DNA of 61,284 nt from a virus (Duplodnaviria; Caudoviricetes): IMG/VR virus record IMGVR_UViG_3300028115_001382, positions 1-61,284 of that record. One strand, 5' to 3'. The notes under the pieces were generated by a model that worked only from the letters and a program-made list of their open reading frames with translations, did not search any database and was not told the DNA's origin. The translations under genes were made by a program, and so were the position numbers. Numbering within the stretch: the first letter of the stretch is position 1; each line of letters begins with the position of its first letter. This document shows, piece by piece, positions 27,710-37,780 of this stretch.

Positions 27710-27994
27710 ATGAGTAGACCAAAGCCCGATATATTAATGGAGTTTGTAGATAGCAAAACCTATAAGAGTGAACAAATACTTCAAGCAGAAGCAATCTGGG
27801 CTGTATTCTACAAAGACCAACCTTTTAATTTAAAATCGCAAAACAAACTAACAAATTATCCCGGACCTAAATATAAAAAAACAAGTTTTTCAAATCCAGG
27901 ACATGCTCTAAATTTAGCAAAAAAATTAAATTCAATGTTTAAAACTACTGATTTTAGTGTATATAAACTTACAGAAGGCGATAGAATTGAATAA
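27710..27994 (+). CDS. small basic hypothetical protein (possible DNA-binding)
   Basis: MSRPKP...YPGPKYKKTSFSNPGHA; preceded by TAAATA at 27676. Confidence 0.7.
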   Translation: MSRPKPDILMEFVDSKTYKSEQILQAEAIWAVFYKDQPFNLKSQNKLTNYPGPKYKKTSFSNPGHALNLAKKLNSMFKTTDFSVYKLTEGDRIE

Positions 27995-28379
27995 AACTGT
28001 ATATACTAAGTTGTTTTTAAGTCAACTTGGTTACACTACAGATGATACAAACGTGACACATTATATGCCTATATGGTGGCAAAACACACGAGATAAAGAT
28101 AGTGGTGGTTTGCGCCTTACAGAAGAAGGCTTTGATATGCTTTCTAAAATTGACTTAGCAACGTATCATATTCCTTATCCAATGGACATGCCATTGACTA
28201 CACAGGTTATTATATTTTTAGATCAATTTATCGATTGTCCTTATTATCTAACAAACAAAGCAATATATGTTACAAATGAAAAGAAAGCAGTCGAACTAAC
28301 ACTTTTTAGTGGTGACTTGCGTAAGTATGGTGTAACAAAAGCAATGAAAAGATCTAGCAACATTGATAGCAAAGAATGA
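27957..28379 (+). CDS. hypothetical protein
   Basis: GGLRLTEEG...DCPYY. Confidence 0.65.
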   Translation: MYINLQKAIELNKTVYTKLFLSQLGYTTDDTNVTHYMPIWWQNTRDKDSGGLRLTEEGFDMLSKIDLATYHIPYPMDMPLTTQVIIFLDQFIDCPYYLTNKAIYVTNEKKAVELTLFSGDLRKYGVTKAMKRSSNIDSKE

Positions 28380-28875
28380 TGATTTTAAGCGTATAGTTAG
28401 GTGTGAAGCAAGGTTAGGTAGTTCATTTTTTACTTCACAGGTACACAGCAATAAAAACTCTTGGGAAGTCGTTTATACCACAGACCACGACAATTATGAA
28501 GTTTACACCAGTGTAAGACATCCAATAGAAAGATTTAGAAGTTATTTCGCATTTTGGGAAGGTGATAAAAAATGGACAATGACCTTTGTAAAAAATTACT
28601 TTGCTAATTTTAAACATAGTGACGATGTCCATACACAATTCCAAAGTTTTTTTGATTATGGAAATACAAAATATTTCGAAATGGTATATCTACAAAACTT
28701 TTTAAACATACCTACATATAAACAAAACAAAGTAACGGTAAATTTGAATTGGTACAATAAACTTACACAAACTCCAAAAGAAGTTATTGATTTTGTTAAT
28801 ATTCAAAGTAAAAAAACATACAAAGACGATATAATTTGGTATAATAATTTAAAAAAATATGAATTTCCAGGTTGA
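28363..28875 (+). CDS. sulfotransferase-like protein
   Basis: VRHPIERFRSY (3'-PB-like motif). Confidence 0.5.
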   Translation: MIAKNDDFKRIVRCEARLGSSFFTSQVHSNKNSWEVVYTTDHDNYEVYTSVRHPIERFRSYFAFWEGDKKWTMTFVKNYFANFKHSDDVHTQFQSFFDYGNTKYFEMVYLQNFLNIPTYKQNKVTVNLNWYNKLTQTPKEVIDFVNIQSKKTYKDDIIWYNNLKKYEFPG

Positions 28876-28916
28876 CAAATTTGTATTAGATGCTATTATA
28901 GTTGTATAGGCACTGA
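28872..28916 (+). promoter_or_regulatory. promoter plus repeated leader, copy 1
   Basis: TTGACA-N16-TATTAT followed by TGTATAGGCACTGA. Confidence 0.65.
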
Positions 28917-28937
28917 TTAACAAGAAGGAATACAAAT

Positions 28938-30023
28938 ATGTCAGATATGAGAACAGTTTCTCCGAACAAGGCAAAAGCAAGTTTACGCCGGGCTATGCGT
29001 AAAAAGCGTCCTGTGTTCATTTGGGGGCCTCCAGGCATTGGTAAATCAGATATTGTAGGACAGGTTACTGAATCTTTTCCTAACAGTCATTTGATTGATA
29101 TTCGACTATCATTATGGGAACCTACAGATATTAAAGGTATTCCATATTTTGATAGCAATGTAGGCAAAATGGTTTGGGCTCCACCTATGGAGTTGCCAGA
29201 CGAGGCCATGGCAGCAAAGTATGATCACATTACTTTGTTCCTAGACGAAATGAATTCTGCGGCACCTGCTGTACAAGCGGCAGCTTATCAGCTTACACTA
29301 AACCGTAGAATTGGTAATTATAAATTGCCCGACAATGTAGTAATTGTTGCGGCAGGTAACCGCGAAGCAGACAAAGGTGTTACATATCGTATGCCTGCTC
29401 CGTTGGCTAACCGGTTTGTACACTTAGAACTTGCTGTCAATTTTGACGATTGGTTTGAGTGGGCAGTAGCAAACAAAATCAACAAAGACGTTGTTGGTTA
29501 CTTACAGTTTGCTAAAGGGGATCTTTATGATTTTGATCCTCGTAGTTCAAGTCGATCATTTGCTTCTCCTCGTTCATGGACTTTTGTAAGTGAACTTATC
29601 GACGACGAAGATGATGACGAGTCTACAACTACAGATCTTGTTGCTGGATCAGTTGGTGAAGGACTTGCTGTCAAATTTATGGCGCATCGAAAAATTGCTG
29701 GGAATATGCCAAATCCAAGTGATATCCTTGCTGGTAAAGTTAAAGAGTTACAGACACAAGAAATCAGTGCCAAGTATTCCTTGACTGTTTCTCTTTGCTA
29801 TGAGTTAAAAGATGCTTGTGATAAAAATGACAAGAACTTTGATAATAAAGTAAATAATTTCCTTAGATTTGCTATGGATAACTTTGAAACAGAGTTGGTT
29901 GTTATGGGTATCAAACTTGCGTTGACTCAGTATAGTTTACCAATTGATCCTGATGCTATTGAATGTTTTGACGAGTTTCATGACAGATATGGTAAGTATA
30001 TCAAAGCAGCACAAGGAGTTTAA
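28938..30023 (+). CDS. MoxR-like AAA+ ATPase
   Basis: GPPGIGKS, LFLDE, AAGN, LANRF. Confidence 0.9.
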   Translation: MSDMRTVSPNKAKASLRRAMRKKRPVFIWGPPGIGKSDIVGQVTESFPNSHLIDIRLSLWEPTDIKGIPYFDSNVGKMVWAPPMELPDEAMAAKYDHITLFLDEMNSAAPAVQAAAYQLTLNRRIGNYKLPDNVVIVAAGNREADKGVTYRMPAPLANRFVHLELAVNFDDWFEWAVANKINKDVVGYLQFAKGDLYDFDPRSSSRSFASPRSWTFVSELIDDEDDDESTTTDLVAGSVGEGLAVKFMAHRKIAGNMPNPSDILAGKVKELQTQEISAKYSLTVSLCYELKDACDKNDKNFDNKVNNFLRFAMDNFETELVVMGIKLALTQYSLPIDPDAIECFDEFHDRYGKYIKAAQGV

Positions 30024-30032
30024 TGCGTCTAT

Positions 30033-30063
30033 AAGTGAGCAAGTTGATTCTTGCTCACTTTTT
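30033..30063 (+). terminator. intrinsic terminator
   Basis: AAGTGAGCAAG-TTGATT-CTTGCTCACTT followed by a T run. Confidence 0.75.
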
Positions 30064-30066
30064 CTC

Positions 30067-30111
30067 TTGACAAAAGTAAATAGTAGTGTATTATAAGTGT
30101 ATAGGCACTGA
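30067..30111 (+). promoter_or_regulatory. promoter plus repeated leader, copy 2
   Basis: TTGACA-N16-TATTAT followed by TGTATAGGCACTGA. Confidence 0.65.
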
Positions 30112-30121
30112 GAGGAATAAC

Positions 30122-31447
30122 ATGTTAGATTTTTTACCGCACTATGTAGCAATGAAAATGTCTACAGAAAAAACAGCATCTGAATTAAGAACATGGCAAC
30201 CAGATCCTGATTTAACTGAAGAACAACTTGTCGAAATGGATAAAGAAGTATACGAGCGGATTGTTACTGCTCGTGTTGGCTTATTATTACGACACCCATT
30301 CTTTGGCAATATGGCTACACGTTTAAAAATCCAACGTGCTGATTGGCTTCCTACTGCTGCCGTAGATGGTCGCAACTTGTTCTACAATGTTCAATTCTTT
30401 AATGCTATGAACAATAAAGAAATTGAATTTGTTGTAGCACATGAAATCCTTCATATGGTGTTTGATCATTTAGAACGTAGAGAAGATAGAGATCCACGTT
30501 TGTATAATATTTCATGTGATTATATTGTAAACAATACGCTAGTTGATGATCGCATTGGATCAGTTCCTAGCATTGTAAATTGCTTTCAAGATTTTAAATA
30601 TCGCGGATGGGCTAGTGAAGCAGTATATGATGACTTATACAAACAAGCAGAAAAAAATGGCAAAGAATTCTTAGAACAATTTGGTGAAATGCTAGACGAA
30701 CATATCGACTGGGGTGATGGTGATGGTGATGGCGAAGAGGGTAAAAGCGGCGATGGTAAAAGTAAACGTCCTGTTTACACTAAAGCAGAACGTGATCAAA
30801 TAAAAGATGAAATAAAAGAAGCAATGATACAAGCGGCGCAAAGTGCCGGTGCTGGTAACGTTCCTGCTGGTGTTCAGCGATTAATTAAAGAAATTACTGA
30901 ACCAAAAATGAACTGGCGTGAAATTATACAACAACAAATTCAAAGTACAATTAAAAGCGATTACACGTTCAGCCGTCCTTCACGTAAAGGCTGGCATACT
31001 GGTGCTGTTTTGCCTGGTATGAATTTTGAAGAAACTATTGATATTGCTATTGCTATCGATATGAGTGGTAGTATTGGTAACAGTCAAGCCGCAGACTTCT
31101 TAGGCGAAGTAAAAGGTATTATGGAACAATACAAAGATTATAAAATTAAGATTTGGTGTTTTGATACTAAAGTATACAACGAAGATGACTTTTCAGCAGA
31201 TGATGGTAGAGACATCTCTGAATACGAAATTGCTGGTGGCGGTGGCACTGACTTTATGGTGAACTGGACATATATGAAAGAAAATAATATAACTCCTAAG
31301 CGGTTTTTGATGTTTACAGATGGTTATGCTTGGGATAGTTGGGGCGATCCAGATTGGTGTGAAACAGTATTTTTAATCCATTCACATCATGATAAAAACC
31401 TTGAGGCGCCTTTTGGTATGACAACACACTATGAGGAAGCGGCTTGA
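30122..31447 (+). CDS. metallopeptidase-VWA protein (DUF2201-like), MoxR partner
   Basis: HEILH; MIDAS DMSGS, GGGTDF, FTDG. Confidence 0.85.
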   Translation: MLDFLPHYVAMKMSTEKTASELRTWQPDPDLTEEQLVEMDKEVYERIVTARVGLLLRHPFFGNMATRLKIQRADWLPTAAVDGRNLFYNVQFFNAMNNKEIEFVVAHEILHMVFDHLERREDRDPRLYNISCDYIVNNTLVDDRIGSVPSIVNCFQDFKYRGWASEAVYDDLYKQAEKNGKEFLEQFGEMLDEHIDWGDGDGDGEEGKSGDGKSKRPVYTKAERDQIKDEIKEAMIQAAQSAGAGNVPAGVQRLIKEITEPKMNWREIIQQQIQSTIKSDYTFSRPSRKGWHTGAVLPGMNFEETIDIAIAIDMSGSIGNSQAADFLGEVKGIMEQYKDYKIKIWCFDTKVYNEDDFSADDGRDISEYEIAGGGGTDFMVNWTYMKENNITPKRFLMFTDGYAWDSWGDPDWCETVFLIHSHHDKNLEAPFGMTTHYEEAA

Positions 31448-31719
31448 AGCAAACTAGAATAAATCCATTAGATATTTTTGAAGTAAGGAGAGTTGACTTT
31501 TGTCCTCCTTACTTTGAATCTACTATTTTTCCGTTACGATATAATGTAAAAGAAGCTATTAGCGAGTGGATTGAAGATAATCTATCTGGAAGATATTATG
31601 TTGGTAAAACTATTACTAGTCATAAAACAATGAATTCAAATGTAAAAATTGGCTTTGAGAATACTAAAGAACTTAGTTATTTTCTACTAGCTTGTCCACA
31701 TTTGAAATACAATCAATAA
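31444..31719 (+). CDS. hypothetical protein
   Basis: Coupled ORF. Confidence 0.6.
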   Translation: MKQTRINPLDIFEVRRVDFCPPYFESTIFPLRYNVKEAISEWIEDNLSGRYYVGKTITSHKTMNSNVKIGFENTKELSYFLLACPHLKYNQ

Positions 31720-31754
31720 GAGCATTATAAGTATTTAGAAGGAGATTTAATATA

Positions 31755-32015
31755 ATGACAGACGAAACAGTTCAAACAAATCCTAATGATTTGACTATTC
31801 AAGATCTTGCCACAATGAAAGGCATTATTGATATTGCTAGTGAGCGTTCTGCGTTTAAGCCAAAAGAAATGGCAGCAGTAGGTATCATTTACAATAAACT
31901 TGAATATTTTTTAAAGCAAGTAGAAGAACAGCAAGAAGCTGCTAAAAATGCTGCCCCAGCACCTGCTCCTGCTCCTGCTACTGAACCTACAGAGGCAGCG
32001 GAAACGGAGTCGTAA
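31755..32015 (+). CDS. hypothetical protein with Pro/Ala tail
   Basis: AAGGAG SD; TAAGTA at 31728. Confidence 0.7.
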   Translation: MTDETVQTNPNDLTIQDLATMKGIIDIASERSAFKPKEMAAVGIIYNKLEYFLKQVEEQQEAAKNAAPAPAPAPATEPTEAAETES

Positions 32016-32620
32016 TGTTAAAACACGTCGGGCGTATAGCCAACAACAAAAAGAAAGTTTGTGTAGCATATCGTACTTTACCAAATGATCCTGCTAATTG
32101 TTTAGTAGTAATGTCAGAAACTCTTGGTAGAGCAGATCACGATGATTTAATGAAACTTGTTGAATCAAATGCTGGACAAAGTGCTAATGAATTGTACGAA
32201 GCAATGGCTCGTACATATTTGTCAGACGGCAGACAAATGCTTGCCGGCTTTCACCAACAAGGACACTTGAGAAAGTATCCTACAACTGCTATTGAAATGA
32301 CACCCAATGCCAAAACAACTATTACATTAGCTGAACTGAATAATGTAATTGCTCAACAAAAAGGTGTAAGTGTAGCAGATTTAGCTGTGACATCATCAGC
32401 AAGAAGTGCTCCTGAACAAAATCCAGAGGTTACTGAATCTCCTGTAACTGCTGAAGCACCAATTACTGACCCTTCTAGTGGTGTCCTTGATGATGCTCAA
32501 TTAGCAGCAAGTTATAGATCACAAGCAGATAGTATGTTTAAAGAAGCAAAAAGGCTCAGAGAAGAAGCCGAAAAGTTGTCACCAACAAAAAAAGCAACTA
32601 AGAAAAAAGCCGAGGCATAA
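32015..32620 (+). CDS. hypothetical protein
   Basis: MLKHVGR...; coupled. Confidence 0.7.
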   Translation: MLKHVGRIANNKKKVCVAYRTLPNDPANCLVVMSETLGRADHDDLMKLVESNAGQSANELYEAMARTYLSDGRQMLAGFHQQGHLRKYPTTAIEMTPNAKTTITLAELNNVIAQQKGVSVADLAVTSSARSAPEQNPEVTESPVTAEAPITDPSSGVLDDAQLAASYRSQADSMFKEAKRLREEAEKLSPTKKATKKKAEA

Positions 32621-32626
32621 TGAAAG

Positions 32627-32926
32627 TTGGCACCAAAAAACAAAGATGATGATTGGCAAGATATTTTACAAGAAATTGATATCGATATCTTGCCAATTGA
32701 ATACATGAATAGAATTTTAATTCACTTTAAAGATAAAACTACATGGGACATCGATATCAAAGATAGTCGTAATAAACAACCAGTAGATGAAATTGAAAAA
32801 ACACTCGACGATTTATTTGAAGAATATGACGATAGGATAGAGAATATCGATTTTAGAATGGATATGGAAAGACTACGTTCAGATTTAGATAAACGAGTTA
32901 AAAGATTCCTTAAATTAAATAAGTAA
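32627..32926 (+). CDS. acidic hypothetical protein
   Basis: ORF track. Confidence 0.6.
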   Translation: MAPKNKDDDWQDILQEIDIDILPIEYMNRILIHFKDKTTWDIDIKDSRNKQPVDEIEKTLDDLFEEYDDRIENIDFRMDMERLRSDLDKRVKRFLKLNK

Positions 32927-32941
32927 ACAGCTCTTATGTGA

Positions 32942-32947
32942 TAAATA
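32942..32947 (+). promoter_or_regulatory. late-type promoter TAAATA
   Basis: Intergenic GATAAATACT before a structural gene. Confidence 0.55.
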
Positions 32948-32980
32948 CTTATAAGACGACTATCACCTAGGAGATTTTAA

Positions 32981-34816
32981 ATGGCATTGCGATTAAGACG
33001 CGGAACCAACGCAGAAAGAACTACTCAAACTTTCGCAGTTGGTGAACTGGTATATACTACTGATACAAAACAATTGTATGTTGGAGATGGTTCTACTACA
33101 GGAGGTCTCCTTGTAAGCAGTTCATCAGCAACATCACCAGCAGCACTAACAAGAGATTTAAGCCTAGCAGGATTTAATATTACCGGTACAGGTAACATTA
33201 CTGCTACATCATTCACAGGCGATGGTAGTGGGTTAACCAATTTACCAGGCGGAGGTACTGGTGTTGTTGACGGAGAAGAGTATGCTATCAATATTCAAGG
33301 TGATGTTAGAGGTGATGACACCACAGTAATCGTTGATGCTACACTAGGAAGAGTAACGGCTGATTTGTATGGTGATGGTAGTAATATTACAAATCAAACT
33401 CTACAACAATTAAGCAATGTAAATATAACAAGTCCATTAACAAGTCAAGTTTTAAAATATGATGGTGTTAATTGGGTTAATGGCACTGATACTGGTATTG
33501 GTATTACTGTAAAAGACGAAGGTAGTGCCCTTCCTACAGCAGTTGAAAGTTTTGACTTTGTTGGCGACGGAGTAACAGTTACAGGATCAGGTTCAGAAAA
33601 AACTGTAACTATTTCAGGCGGAGGCGGAAGCGGAGTAGTTACTGGACAGTCTTATGAGATTGATGTTATTGGTTCTGTCTATGCTGCTAACTCTACTTTG
33701 CTAGTAGACGGTGTTAATGGAACTATCCCTGCTGCTAATTTACAAGGTACAGCAGTAATAACAGTTCAAGGTGACGTTACAAGTACAGGTAACAGTAGTT
33801 TCTTTAATGCTACAGTGAGTAATGATCTTACAGTTACCAACACGTTGACTGTAAATGGCGATTTAGTAACTACAGGTGTTGTTGCTTCACAGTTTGAAGG
33901 TAGTTTATATACAGACAACAGTAATATTGTTGTTGATGCTAGTGACGGTAGTATCTATGCTGATATTATAAGAAATAATGCTGGAACAATTTTTATTAGA
34001 TCACCTGAGGATGCTCAAAACTTAATTCAAATTGAAGCATCAAACAGCACAGGAAATACATCAACTCCACAAACTACTGTACAATATACACATGCTCAAG
34101 ATAGAAGTTCTGACGATGATCTAATTTACAGAGAACTTTATCAACTTGTTGACTCTGTTGGAACAAAAACAACTTATCAACACTTAGCATATAAGACTCA
34201 AGTAAGCTGGGGTGCTAGTGCTACAGATGCTACGCCTTCTGATAAAATTATGTCGTTAAAAGAAGGATACCTAGCAATAGGCGGTTTTGGTGCTGAAGCT
34301 AGATTAGATGTCAGAGGTGATGTTATCCTTAGAGGTCAAACAACAGCCTTTAGAAATGCTCTTACAGCCACTGATGGTCATTTACTTTACAATTCAGATT
34401 TAAACAAATTTGAAGCATACGAAAATGGTGCTTGGGTAAACGTAATTCAAGATTTCGGAAACTTTACGTTCACAAATAGTATACTTGATACTGATGATTC
34501 TAGTGGTATTACAATTACTCCAGCTGTTACAATAAGCAGTGACCTAGATGTAGAGAACAATTTAACAGTAACAGGCAGTGTTACAGCAGATAAATTCATA
34601 TCCACTGGCACTGAAACACCTGAAATTAGCGCAAGTGCTAACTTAAACTTAACAGCAGGAAATGCTGTTGTAGTAACAAATTCACCATTGCGTATGGCAA
34701 GTTTTACCACAACAGAAAGAAACGCATTAGCAGCCCAAAACGGCGACATTATATACAATACAACGGACAACAAATTCCAAGGTTATGAAAACGGTGCATG
34801 GGCTAACTTAATCTAA
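32981..34816 (+). CDS. tail fibre/virion structural protein
   Basis: LRLRRGT...GELVYTTDTKQLYVGDG N-terminus; G/T/S-rich; duplicated ...YN....KF..YENGAW module. Confidence 0.75.
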   Translation: MALRLRRGTNAERTTQTFAVGELVYTTDTKQLYVGDGSTTGGLLVSSSSATSPAALTRDLSLAGFNITGTGNITATSFTGDGSGLTNLPGGGTGVVDGEEYAINIQGDVRGDDTTVIVDATLGRVTADLYGDGSNITNQTLQQLSNVNITSPLTSQVLKYDGVNWVNGTDTGIGITVKDEGSALPTAVESFDFVGDGVTVTGSGSEKTVTISGGGGSGVVTGQSYEIDVIGSVYAANSTLLVDGVNGTIPAANLQGTAVITVQGDVTSTGNSSFFNATVSNDLTVTNTLTVNGDLVTTGVVASQFEGSLYTDNSNIVVDASDGSIYADIIRNNAGTIFIRSPEDAQNLIQIEASNSTGNTSTPQTTVQYTHAQDRSSDDDLIYRELYQLVDSVGTKTTYQHLAYKTQVSWGASATDATPSDKIMSLKEGYLAIGGFGAEARLDVRGDVILRGQTTAFRNALTATDGHLLYNSDLNKFEAYENGAWVNVIQDFGNFTFTNSILDTDDSSGITITPAVTISSDLDVENNLTVTGSVTADKFISTGTETPEISASANLNLTAGNAVVVTNSPLRMASFTTTERNALAAQNGDIIYNTTDNKFQGYENGAWANLI

Positions 34817-34826
34817 GGGGGCTTAA

Positions 34827-37730
34827 ATGAGCGAAAAAGAATATATTGTCACACTCAAGGCGGGTGTTGACTACGATGCTTTCAATACAGAAATGATTGC
34901 TAATACTGGTGCTGGAGATATTCCTAACCGTACAGTCACAGTAGCAAACGCAAGACCATTGAGTCAGCGTAACACACACTACAGTTTAACTGACGAAGAA
35001 GCAACAGCACTACGCAATGATAGTAGAGTAGTTGATGTACAAATTCCACCAGAACTTAGAGACGATATTGAAATTGGTAACAATGTGCTTATTACTGATA
35101 CATTTAGAAAAACCAGTGCTATTACCGCAGCAGATTTAAATTGGGGCAATGCTAGGTGTGTTGTAAGAGAAGACTTATGGGGTAGTGGTACAACTAGTAT
35201 CACAGCAGACTTTCCACATACACTAACAGGCCAAGGTGTTGACATTGTAATACAAGATTCAGGATTACAATCCGATCATATAGAATTTACAAAAATTAAT
35301 TACGATCCAAACAATATGTACAACAAAGGTCCACTGACATCTGATAATACAAACGGAGCAGTTTTTGACAGATCTATACAAGTAAAAGGTGTTAAAATTG
35401 TTTTAGCTGGAGCAGTTGGTGGAGCAACCACAGTTCCTGATGAATGGGGCAATAAAGTTGCGCAGATGTATAATTGGTTCCTTGATCCAACAGCAGCAAA
35501 TGTTTCACCGCCAATCCAAGAAAAGTTTATACTTACACTTAGAGGTGATGCTGAAGTTAGCTGGCACCAAGGCAAACAAACAGCGCAACGTGTTGGCTAC
35601 GGCGGCGGTGCTTCATATACTCCAAACTGGTTAACAGACGACGGAGCAGCACAGTATGCCGGTTATGTTAACTTTTTAGATAGTCATGAGATGAATGATA
35701 TGGTATGGTATCAAAACAGCAGTGGCACGCCAGGAACTGGTGACATTGATGCTCAAGAAGTTATCGAACACATATTTCATACACTACACATGCACGGACT
35801 GCCAGCAGATGATTTAAAAATGTATGCCTTCTTAGCTGCTGACTGGCAAAGTGGCGAGCTATTCGCAGCAATGGAAGAAGCATTTGACGCAAGCAAATGG
35901 GATCCATCGGGTTATCAAAGTCCAGCAAATGCGTGGAAAACTGACTCGGATGCGTTTGAAGTAGCAGCAAAAGAATACTTGTATCTACTAAACTTTTGTA
36001 TGTTTGATTATTCAAGTTTATGGGATGGCGGTAGTCTTGCTCCTGAATGGACAGACGATGTTAGAACACCAGCACAAATTGAATCAACACTTCCGTTAGG
36101 TTATGCTTTATTTAAAAAGTATATCGAACCATGTATTGCTAAAGTTTCTAAAAGAGCTATACAAAGTTTATTCCGTGACGGTGATACAGGTAATCCATTT
36201 GATGGAGGACATTCAGGATACTCACCAGATACAGTAAGTAGAGTAAAAGAAATTGATTGGTATGCTCACAGTGGTGTAAGTGGCACAATGAACAACAACC
36301 ATTATAGAGACTATAATGGACACGGATCACACTGCGGTGGTACTGTAGCAGGGCGCACACTAGGCTGGGCACGAGATGCTGACATATATAGTGTAAAAGT
36401 ATCAGGGTTAGAAGGCACAGGCGATAGTGGAACAGGTATTAGTGTAAGCAATTGTTTTGATGTAATTAAAGGCTGGCACAACAACAAGCCAGTGGACCCT
36501 AAGACTGGATTTAAGCGCCCTACAGTAGTCAATGCTAGTTGGGGATATAGCGGAACACGTAGTACTGACCCTACTGCTATAAGCTATAGAGGTAATAGTT
36601 TAACACCAGGAACCAACGGTGTAGTAAACAGTGACGCAGACTGGAATACTTATTTTGGTATTATTCCACAATACTTTAGTAGCGGTACAGCTAGAAGACT
36701 TAATGTTAGAGTAGCAAGTGTAGATGCCGATCTAGAAGAATGTATAGCAGCAGGTATACACTTTTGTATAGCAGCAGGTAACAGCTATTGGTACATCGAT
36801 ACAGCTACAGGCGACAACTGGAATGATACAATCACTGTGGGTAACGGCGCAGAAAATCCTTACAGAGGTAGCAGTCCATACAGCACAAATGCGTTTATGG
36901 TTGGTAATATAGATACTAGCTATCAAGGATCACTAGAACAAAAAGCAGAGTCAAGTTGTCACGGCCCAGGCGTTGATATATATGCGCCAGGAACAAGTAT
37001 TATGAGCTGTGCTAGTACAGAAAAATCAGGTGCTTGTGATTTAACAGATGGTACACAAGCTAGTGCAAGTACAGTACAATCGCCTATTACAGGTTCAAGT
37101 GCTACAGACGAATGTATGAAGATATCAGGTACTAGTATGGCATCTCCGCAGGTAGCAGGAATGGTAGCAAGTGTGCTTCAGGCTAATCCAGGTATGACGC
37201 CAGCGCAAATGAAAACATACATTCACAATAATGCTACACAAGATTTGTTGTTTACAGATACACAATCAGGTAGTAGCCCAGTTACACATGCTTTTGTAAT
37301 TGATGCTGCTAATGGTTCAAGTGATTACACATTTAATAGTGCTACAGACCGTAATGGTGCTGTAAGTGGCAATGACCCGGCAATTACTATATACGAAGAT
37401 GATACAATTACACTTACAAATAATACTGGCGCTCATCCGCTGTATATAAAATGGCAAAGTTCAACTGGTACAGGCGATGTAGTAAGCACACCTGCTGCAA
37501 CAGGACAAGGAGCAACCAACGGCACAGTTAGTTGGACCCCTACAGTACCAGGTGTATATTACTATCAGTGTAGTGCGCATCTAGGAATGAACAATACTAT
37601 TACAGTTTTACCTAAACAAGCCTGGGGCGATGACGATAGTATTACTAGAAGTCCTAATAGAATACTTTATTCACCTTTATGGACTGATCCTAATAGTATG
37701 GGTATAAAAGGTAGTATTACAAGAACTTGA
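34827..37730 (+). CDS. S8 subtilisin-like protease with inserted domains (probably virion-associated)
   Basis: QDSG, HGSHCGG, AAGN, GTSMASPQVAG catalytic triad motifs. Confidence 0.85.
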   Translation: MSEKEYIVTLKAGVDYDAFNTEMIANTGAGDIPNRTVTVANARPLSQRNTHYSLTDEEATALRNDSRVVDVQIPPELRDDIEIGNNVLITDTFRKTSAITAADLNWGNARCVVREDLWGSGTTSITADFPHTLTGQGVDIVIQDSGLQSDHIEFTKINYDPNNMYNKGPLTSDNTNGAVFDRSIQVKGVKIVLAGAVGGATTVPDEWGNKVAQMYNWFLDPTAANVSPPIQEKFILTLRGDAEVSWHQGKQTAQRVGYGGGASYTPNWLTDDGAAQYAGYVNFLDSHEMNDMVWYQNSSGTPGTGDIDAQEVIEHIFHTLHMHGLPADDLKMYAFLAADWQSGELFAAMEEAFDASKWDPSGYQSPANAWKTDSDAFEVAAKEYLYLLNFCMFDYSSLWDGGSLAPEWTDDVRTPAQIESTLPLGYALFKKYIEPCIAKVSKRAIQSLFRDGDTGNPFDGGHSGYSPDTVSRVKEIDWYAHSGVSGTMNNNHYRDYNGHGSHCGGTVAGRTLGWARDADIYSVKVSGLEGTGDSGTGISVSNCFDVIKGWHNNKPVDPKTGFKRPTVVNASWGYSGTRSTDPTAISYRGNSLTPGTNGVVNSDADWNTYFGIIPQYFSSGTARRLNVRVASVDADLEECIAAGIHFCIAAGNSYWYIDTATGDNWNDTITVGNGAENPYRGSSPYSTNAFMVGNIDTSYQGSLEQKAESSCHGPGVDIYAPGTSIMSCASTEKSGACDLTDGTQASASTVQSPITGSSATDECMKISGTSMASPQVAGMVASVLQANPGMTPAQMKTYIHNNATQDLLFTDTQSGSSPVTHAFVIDAANGSSDYTFNSATDRNGAVSGNDPAITIYEDDTITLTNNTGAHPLYIKWQSSTGTGDVVSTPAATGQGATNGTVSWTPTVPGVYYYQCSAHLGMNNTITVLPKQAWGDDDSITRSPNRILYSPLWTDPNSMGIKGSITRT

Positions 37731-37755
37731 CATAGTAACAAAACTCTTGTATACT
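37727..37755 (+). promoter_or_regulatory. sigma70-type promoter
   Basis: TTGACA-N17-TATACT. Confidence 0.65.
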
Positions 37756-37780
37756 TATAGTATAGGAGATAAGTATTATT

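Noticed and set aside
30714-30735. GGTGAT tandem repeat
   Set aside because: Encodes a GDGDGDG linker in the VWA protein
31950-31985. CCTGCT tandem repeat
   Set aside because: Encodes a Pro-Ala low-complexity tail
32981-34816. Diversity-generating retroelement target
   Set aside because: No reverse transcriptase or adenine-variable template repeat in the window; the internal repeat is an ordinary domain duplication
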